A stretch of 64,000 nucleotides of DNA from Sedimentisphaerales bacterium (GTDB lineage: Bacteria > Planctomycetota > Phycisphaerae > Sedimentisphaerales > UBA12454), in NCBI GenBank assembly GCA_050014075.1, contig JBEKEA010000007.1, positions 4,119-68,118 on the forward strand. The letters run 5' to 3'. Shown one piece after another: positions 58,466-64,000 of this stretch; positions within the stretch are counted from its first letter, which is position 1; the number at the start of each line of letters is the position of its first letter. Under the pieces are notes generated by a model. That model was not told the origin of the DNA and searched no databases. It saw only the letters and a list, made by a program, of their open reading frames with translations. Made by a program: the position numbers and the translations under genes.

Positions 58466-59689
58466 ATGTTTGGAATGAAGAGAGACACATTAAAAATTGC
58501 TTTAACTGTAATTCTATCCAGCTTTTTAATAAACATATCTTTCGCAGATAATTTATCTAAATATACAGTTACTATTTTAGAACCAAATAGAACAGCGTAT
58601 CCTTATTGCATCAACGACAGCAGCCAAATTGTCGGCACTTATGGAGATGATTCTTTCCTATGGGATAATGGAAATCTGACTATTATAAATAAACCTGTAG
58701 GAACCAGCGGGATGGAATATATAACCGCACGGGCAATTAATAACAATGGACAGATAACCGGCGAATTCAGCAAAAACTATAGTCTTAAAGGTTTTGTTTT
58801 AGAAAATAGCACCTTAATAACTTTACCCTCAATCGAAGATGATTTGCTAAGTTCAGCTCACTCAATTAACAACAAAGGATATGCCGTAGGAAGAGCGCAA
58901 AGATGGGCTGGGGCAATGAGTACAAATCGGGCATGCCTTTGGTCGCATCCGGAATATAATGCCTTCGATATTTCGACAGTTCCTAATACTACTTTTGGTC
59001 TCGCATATTCAATAAATGACAATAACGAGATAGTCGGCTATTTCTCTACTTCAGATTTTTCGGACCACGCTTTTATTTATGACTATGTAAATGGGATGAA
59101 AGACATTGGCGTTCTGCCCGGTTACAGCACCAGTCGTGCATTAAGTATTAATAATAATTCTCAGGCTGTTGGCTACTCCAGTAATACATCTGCCGGACGT
59201 CATGCATTTTTTTATGATAATAATACTGATACTATGACGGATATTGGAGTGCTCCAGGGGGCAGTGAAATCGACAGCTTATCAAATAAATGACAATGAGA
59301 TAATTGTTGGTATTTCAACATGGTCGGATAACTCCACAAGAGGATGTATATGGATTGATGGACAAATTTACGATTTTAACGGCCTCTTATTTAATCCGAA
59401 CTGGACAATTACAATAGCACGCTCGATAAACAAAAACGGCCGGATTGTGGGTAAAGGTCTTTTAGGCGGCCTGGAATATGCTGTGCTTTTAACACCGCTC
59501 GGCAGACTTGATAACGACAGTGATGTTGACAATTTCGATTATGTAATTTTCAGTTCGAACTGGAAAAGGACGGATTGTAATAGCCTGAACAACTGGTGTA
59601 ATAATGCCGATTTCGACCGTAACGGCAACGTAAATAACGCGGATCTAAGTATTTTATGCGCTAATTGGCTTGAAGGAATTAAATTTTAA
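58466..59689 (+). CDS. Secreted HAF-repeat protein with a C-terminal dockerin-like domain
   Basis: Signal peptide. About 6 repeats of the (A/S)INNxGQ(I/V)VG ... HAF(I/F)YD type. The C-terminal pair DNDSDVDNFDY / DFDRNGNVNNADL looks like dockerin Ca-binding loops. Confidence 0.7.
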   Translation: MFGMKRDTLKIALTVILSSFLINISFADNLSKYTVTILEPNRTAYPYCINDSSQIVGTYGDDSFLWDNGNLTIINKPVGTSGMEYITARAINNNGQITGEFSKNYSLKGFVLENSTLITLPSIEDDLLSSAHSINNKGYAVGRAQRWAGAMSTNRACLWSHPEYNAFDISTVPNTTFGLAYSINDNNEIVGYFSTSDFSDHAFIYDYVNGMKDIGVLPGYSTSRALSINNNSQAVGYSSNTSAGRHAFFYDNNTDTMTDIGVLQGAVKSTAYQINDNEIIVGISTWSDNSTRGCIWIDGQIYDFNGLLFNPNWTITIARSINKNGRIVGKGLLGGLEYAVLLTPLGRLDNDSDVDNFDYVIFSSNWKRTDCNSLNNWCNNADFDRNGNVNNADLSILCANWLEGIKF

Positions 59690-60314
59690 ATTCCGACTTG
59701 CAGGACTGCGAATTATCTGTATTGCCGCTTGTTTGTTCGTCATCTTTCATCGCCAGAAAAGCTACCGTCATTGAGCTCCATACTCTTTTATCAATTATCT
59801 TCAATTGTCCATAACTGTCGAGAAGATTTACTTTTTCTTCTGTCCTTACAACTACCAGCCCGTCTTTGGTTATCTGCTCGGGCAATAATTTTAAAAGTTC
59901 CACCAAACGCCACTTGCCGCCCATTTCTCTGCTCATTTTGTATGGCGGGTCTATAAAAACCAGAGAACATTTCTCTCCGCCCACCGCCGGCGGCGCCCCT
60001 ATCTTAAACGCGTTCGCGCAAACCACCCGTGATTGCTCGCCAAATCCCGCCTTTGCGATATTCATTCTGAGAATCTCAATCGCCCTTCTGTCTGAATCGA
60101 CAAAGATTGCTTCTTTCGCTCCCCTGCTTATCGCCTCAAGTCCGAACGACCCTGTCCCGCAAAAAAGGTCTGCAACAATTCTATTCTCTATAAGATTGTA
60201 TTTATACAGCACATCGAATATGGATTCTTTGACGCGGTCAGTTATCGGCCGGGTATCGCTGCCCTTCGGCGGCAAAAGATTCATTCCTTTTTTTGTGCCG
60301 GAAATTATGCGCAT
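59679..60314 (-). CDS. rsmD: 16S rRNA (guanine966-N2)-methyltransferase
   Basis: MRIISGTKKG...RPITDRVKESIFDVL N-terminus and a FIDPPY motif. Confidence 0.85.
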   Translation of the reverse strand: MRIISGTKKGMNLLPPKGSDTRPITDRVKESIFDVLYKYNLIENRIVADLFCGTGSFGLEAISRGAKEAIFVDSDRRAIEILRMNIAKAGFGEQSRVVCANAFKIGAPPAVGGEKCSLVFIDPPYKMSREMGGKWRLVELLKLLPEQITKDGLVVVRTEEKVNLLDSYGQLKIIDKRVWSSMTVAFLAMKDDEQTSGNTDNSQSCKSEFKI

Positions 60315-60365
60315 AGTTTAGTCACAGAGAAATATACTTTATTGATGATTGAATATTGTAATTTT

Positions 60366-60432
60366 ATAAAAATAATTCTGCCGCAGGCAGTTCCACAAAT
60401 CTTCAATCTTAAATCTTCAATTTTCAATTTCA
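60366..60432. repeat. Dispersed intergenic repeat (copy 2): ataaaaataat + ctgcc-gca-ggcag hairpin + caaatcttcaatcttaaatcttcaattttcaat tail
   Basis: It aligns by eye with 34687..34755. Confidence 0.75.
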
Positions 60433-60446
60433 TTGTTTATACTTGT

Positions 60447-61433
60447 TCATTCGTGATTAATTTCTGGCTCCAGTCCTAAATCCTTTATCATCCGCAAATC
60501 CTCTTCGACTGCTCTGCCTGCCGTCGTCAGGTAATCGCCGCTGATTATCGACGTCGCACCAGCGTAAAATATCCAGCTCTGCAAATCGCCAAGATTAGCC
60601 TTCCGCCCGCCCGCCGCCTTTATCTGAACCTTTGGCAGTATAAATCGGTATAAAGCGATAAGCCGCAGAATCTCTCGCGGCCGCATCGTCGGCGTATCAG
60701 CCAGCGGCGTTCCCGCTATCGGCGACAAGAAATTCATCGGCACCATATCGACACCAAGCTCTCTTATTAGCAGTGCCATATCTATCCTGTCTGCATCTGC
60801 CTCGCCGATTCCAAAAATTCCGCCCGTGCATAATCCCAGTCCCGCCTTTTTAGCCGCTTTTACAGTTTCTATTCGCGATTCATAATCGTGTGTCGTTACA
60901 ATATTTTTAAAATGCTTTCTCGAAGTTTCAAGATTATGATTATATCTTGCAAGTCCCGCTTTTTTTAATCGCGCCGCCTGCTCATAATTAATTATTCCAA
61001 ATCCTCCGCAAATTCCAATCCCGACTTCAGTTTTGATTTTAGGAATAAGTTTTTCAAGTCTCGCCAGTTCCTTTTCAGAAATTGTCTTTCCGCTGTAAAC
61101 TATACCGAAATTCGGCACACCATTCTGTTTTGCCTTTTTCGCTGCACTTATAATTTCTTCATCTGTTAAGGTTTTGACTTCTGAATAAGCCGTTTTGTGT
61201 TCTGCCGATTGTGCGCAGAATTTACAATCCTGTGTGCATCCGCCCAGCCTGCCCGGCACTATCGAGCATACTTTTATTTTCCTGCCGAAAAATTTTTGAC
61301 GTATCTGATTGGCCCAATAAAGCAAATCTTCAAAATTTTCATCTCCGAGCGAAAACAAAAATTCAATTTCGCTTCTGTCGATGATTTTCCCGTTCAAAAT
61401 TTCTTCTGCAATTTGAGATATTTTTAAGTTCAT
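60447..61433 (-). CDS. bioB: Biotin synthase (radical SAM)
   Basis: CTQDCKFCAQS cluster motif, YNHNLETS, 328 aa. Confidence 0.9.
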   Translation of the reverse strand: MNLKISQIAEEILNGKIIDRSEIEFLFSLGDENFEDLLYWANQIRQKFFGRKIKVCSIVPGRLGGCTQDCKFCAQSAEHKTAYSEVKTLTDEEIISAAKKAKQNGVPNFGIVYSGKTISEKELARLEKLIPKIKTEVGIGICGGFGIINYEQAARLKKAGLARYNHNLETSRKHFKNIVTTHDYESRIETVKAAKKAGLGLCTGGIFGIGEADADRIDMALLIRELGVDMVPMNFLSPIAGTPLADTPTMRPREILRLIALYRFILPKVQIKAAGGRKANLGDLQSWIFYAGATSIISGDYLTTAGRAVEEDLRMIKDLGLEPEINHE

Positions 61434-61957
61434 AATTGAATCTTTTTACTTATTAATTCTTCCGGCCTCATTACTATGCTTTTATAATATTCCGCGCCCA
61501 GGTGCACCGTTTCCCATTTTTCGCTGCGGAGACCTGCACCTTTTTTATAATCTTCCAGTGTAACCGCCGCAAAAACATATCTTTTATCCCGGCACTCATA
61601 AATTTCTCTGCCGTCGCTGTCAATATCGATATTCTCAGGATTATACACAAAAATAAACAGTCCCCTGTAATTTTCCCCGAAAATTTTTACCCAGTTCTCA
61701 AGTCCTTTAACATCGTCAATTGTAACCCAGTTCGCCAGGCTCCCGAACGCCGTAAAAGTCTTGCCCGAAAATTTCCGCCCCTTAACTTCCGCGATATACG
61801 CCTTGGAATCAGGCGTGTAAAAAAGAAAATCGAAGCTCTTGATTTTGCTTTTAGAAAACGCCGTCCGTTTTTGCTGGTCCACAAGCAGGTATTGAATCCC
61901 GTTATCTTTCAACCAACTCTCAAACGCTCTTTCGTAGTGATTACCGACTTCGTTCAT
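61430..61957 (-). CDS. HYExAFE-motif protein (restriction-endonuclease-like fold suspected)
   Basis: The N-terminal NHYERAFESWL matches the HYExAFE family-name motif as I recall it. FDFLFY...IAEVKGRK resembles a PD-(D/E)xK core. There are 4-nt overlaps with both hisS and bioB. Confidence 0.5.
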   Translation of the reverse strand: MNEVGNHYERAFESWLKDNGIQYLLVDQQKRTAFSKSKIKSFDFLFYTPDSKAYIAEVKGRKFSGKTFTAFGSLANWVTIDDVKGLENWVKIFGENYRGLFIFVYNPENIDIDSDGREIYECRDKRYVFAAVTLEDYKKGAGLRSEKWETVHLGAEYYKSIVMRPEELISKKIQL

Positions 61958-63267
61958 CGAATGTTATTGAAAAATTCTGTCTCGCCGATTGCCTGCTGCT
62001 CTCCGCTGCTCATGTTTTTAACGACAATTTGTTTTTTCTGCGTAAATTCTTCTCCGACAATTATGCACATCGCCGCATTGACCGCCGATGCCTGCTTTAA
62101 TTGTTTGCCCAGCGCCCCGCCCTTATAGCTAAAGTCCGTTTTTTTCCCCGCTCTTCGCAAACTCGCGACCATTTTAAGCGCCTCACTCTTCAAGGCCTCG
62201 TCAGCGTATGTCACAAAATATTCTATTTTATTTTTCTCTGAAATATTTTTGAAAAGCCCTCTTTCTTCAAGCACTATGCCGAGCACGCAATCGCCCATTC
62301 CCATTCCCGTTGCCGAAATTTTCGGCCCACCGAAATCCGCAAGCAGATTATCGTATCTGCCCCCTCCGCAAATCGCCCGCAGTGAGCTTGTCGAATCTGC
62401 CCGCAATTGCTCCGATTTATCGTAAATCTCGAAAACCACGCCCGTATAATACGCAAGTCCCCTCACAATACTTATATCGAACCTGCAAAATTCAGTTATG
62501 CCCATTATATTCAGATAATTAAATAATCTCGTCAGCTCATCAATTGCATCTTTTGCGTTTTTATCATCACCGGCAAAACTTTCAAGCTCTACCAATGTCT
62601 TTACAGACATAAGTTCGAGCACTTTTCGCCGTTTTTCGCCGTCGCCGATTGCCTCTGCGAGCATTTTCTCAAATGCCTCCGCCGGCACCTTGCTCTTTTT
62701 GTCCAGAATCGCGTAAACTTTTTCAAGTCCTTCTTTTTCTATTCCGAAACATTCCAGAAGCGCTGCGATAAGTCTTCTGCTCGATATTTTTACTACAATA
62801 TCATTGCTCGTCAGACCTGCCTGCATAAGATAATCGACCGCGCAGAAAATCACTTCCGCGTCCGCAAGACAATCGTCAACGCCGATGATATCGATATTCC
62901 ACTGGAAAAATTCCCGCAGCCTGCCCTTTTGCGGCCTCTCCGCCCTGCACAATCGCGGCACGGAAAACCACTTTATCGGCCGGGGCAAAGTATTAATTCG
63001 CTGGTTAACCATTCTCGCAAGCGTCGGCGTAATCTCCGGCCGTATCGCAAGCATTCTTCCGCCGCGGTCTTCGAATGCGAAAAGTTGAGTCGCAATTTCA
63101 TCTCCGCTTTTCAGTTGATACATTGCAAGGTATTCGAAAATCGGCCCGTCGAACTCAGCAAATCCATTGCGCAGCGACACCTCTTTCCAGAGGTCGGCTA
63201 TGAAATTGCGCTTCGCCATATCCTCAGGATAAAAATCTCGCGTCCCTTTTACCGATTGTATTTCCAT
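61954..63267 (-). CDS. hisS: Histidine--tRNA ligase
   Basis: MEIQSVKGTRDFYPEDM start and class II motifs (FRAERPQKGRLREFFQ, GGGRYDNL). ATG 63267 is preferred over the track TTG at 63282. Confidence 0.93.
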   Translation of the reverse strand: MEIQSVKGTRDFYPEDMAKRNFIADLWKEVSLRNGFAEFDGPIFEYLAMYQLKSGDEIATQLFAFEDRGGRMLAIRPEITPTLARMVNQRINTLPRPIKWFSVPRLCRAERPQKGRLREFFQWNIDIIGVDDCLADAEVIFCAVDYLMQAGLTSNDIVVKISSRRLIAALLECFGIEKEGLEKVYAILDKKSKVPAEAFEKMLAEAIGDGEKRRKVLELMSVKTLVELESFAGDDKNAKDAIDELTRLFNYLNIMGITEFCRFDISIVRGLAYYTGVVFEIYDKSEQLRADSTSSLRAICGGGRYDNLLADFGGPKISATGMGMGDCVLGIVLEERGLFKNISEKNKIEYFVTYADEALKSEALKMVASLRRAGKKTDFSYKGGALGKQLKQASAVNAAMCIIVGEEFTQKKQIVVKNMSSGEQQAIGETEFFNNIR

Positions 63268-63339
63268 ATATTTTACCTGCAAAGACTTATGATTATAGAA
63301 TACTCCCCCGTTTCCGTCAACAACTTTAGATTTGCTCCC

Positions 63340-63909
63340 TTACGCGGCACAATGAAACATATTCAAACTATGGTTTCTCAGCTTTTTAGCGATTTTCTTT
63401 GATTGGCCTACATATTTATCCAGTTCGCTCCAGAATTTCCTGCTATGGTTTTTAATCCTGGTATGGACCAGTTCGTGCAGTATTACATAATCCTGAAATT
63501 CCTGCGGCAGTCTGACAAGATTTATATTTAGATTAATATTATTTTTACTGCTGCAGCTTCCCCATCTGGTTTTTTGATTCCTGATAAAAACTCTGTTATA
63601 GGAGAACTTATGCTTATCAGCCAATAATTTCAGTTGAGTAGTAAGAGTAATTCTCGCGTTATTTTTATTTATTTTAGGCAAGGCCGGCTGAATGGCTGTT
63701 TGCGGTTCAATTTCTTTCATTTGATTAACTGTTTTTTTGACCCATTCGAGTTTGGATTCCAAAAATTCCTGTGCTCTTCTCAGCGACACTCTGACAGGAA
63801 AAGTAACTCTAACCGGCTTAAACGGCCCGATAGTTATAGACAGTCTCCTCGCCCTGACAGATTTTACATAAGTGATATTAATATTTTCACTATTCGATAA
63901 CATATCCAT
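63340..63909 (-). CDS. YgjP-like (DUF45/M48-related) metal-dependent hydrolase
   Basis: HELVHTRIKNHSRKFW (HExxH + downstream H) near the C-terminus and RWGSCS upstream. 189 aa. Confidence 0.75.
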   Translation of the reverse strand: MDMLSNSENINITYVKSVRARRLSITIGPFKPVRVTFPVRVSLRRAQEFLESKLEWVKKTVNQMKEIEPQTAIQPALPKINKNNARITLTTQLKLLADKHKFSYNRVFIRNQKTRWGSCSSKNNINLNINLVRLPQEFQDYVILHELVHTRIKNHSRKFWSELDKYVGQSKKIAKKLRNHSLNMFHCAA

Positions 63910-63940
63910 CTAAAATATTTTACCCCCTAATCCAAATTTT

Positions 63941-63958
63941 ATCCGACCTCTGGCGGAT
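63941..63958. repeat. Hairpin repeat family member (atccgacc-tct-ggcggat); another copy begins at 63993 (atccgcct) at the window edge
   Basis: Read directly. The architecture matches 34695..34712 (atccgcc-gca-ggcg). Confidence 0.55.
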
Positions 63959-64000
63959 CGGCAATCTAAAAAATGTCATTCCCGCAAAATTTATCCGCCT

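Overview
Gene-dense chromosomal window with about 55 protein genes, one tRNA and no rRNA. It probably comes from a PVC-superphylum bacterium (Planctomycetota/Phycisphaerae-like). That is an inference from the PEP-CTERM proteins, a HAF-repeat/dockerin protein, a prepilin-rich T2SS/type IV pilus-like locus and GC-rich hairpin intergenic repeats. Left to right: (1) two tandem TPR + GT-C-like membrane protein paralogs, one cut by the window edge and one with a 19-bp tandem duplication that frameshifts its 3' end; (2) two tandem PEP-CTERM paralogs; (3) DUF547-metK-uxaC; (4) a GH20-anmK-murQ-SSS cell-wall sugar recycling operon; (5) an ExuT-like MFS transporter; (6) a complete F1Fo ATP synthase operon (atpBEFHAGDC); (7) DUF502; (8) an H+-PPase with the K+-independent signature; (9) an AT-rich methyltransferase + 586-aa 4TM protein module that runs directly into a livKHMGF-type ABC transporter; (10) an APC permease; (11) a tolC-YHS-cusB-cusA copper/silver efflux operon; (12) a 13-gene T2SS/T4P-like locus (GspE/PilB, GspF/PilC, three prepilin-type proteins, a 627-aa GspK/PilX-like protein, PilMNO, an embedded ParA/MinD ATPase, a GspC/PilP-like protein, secretin); (13) tRNA-Ala(GGC), cca, a HAF/dockerin protein, rsmD, bioB, a HYExAFE-motif protein, hisS and a DUF45 metallohydrolase. 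I saw no transposase, integrase, CRISPR array or recognisable defence gene. The best candidates for something new are the ParA-type ATPase translationally coupled inside the pilMNO-secretin operon and the AT-rich orphan MTase + 4TM module behind a cluster of perfect palindromes. Also notable are the short perfect tandem duplications in the TPR paralogs and a dispersed CGCC-NNN-GGCG hairpin repeat family. All function calls rest on motifs I recognise by eye. No database search was possible.
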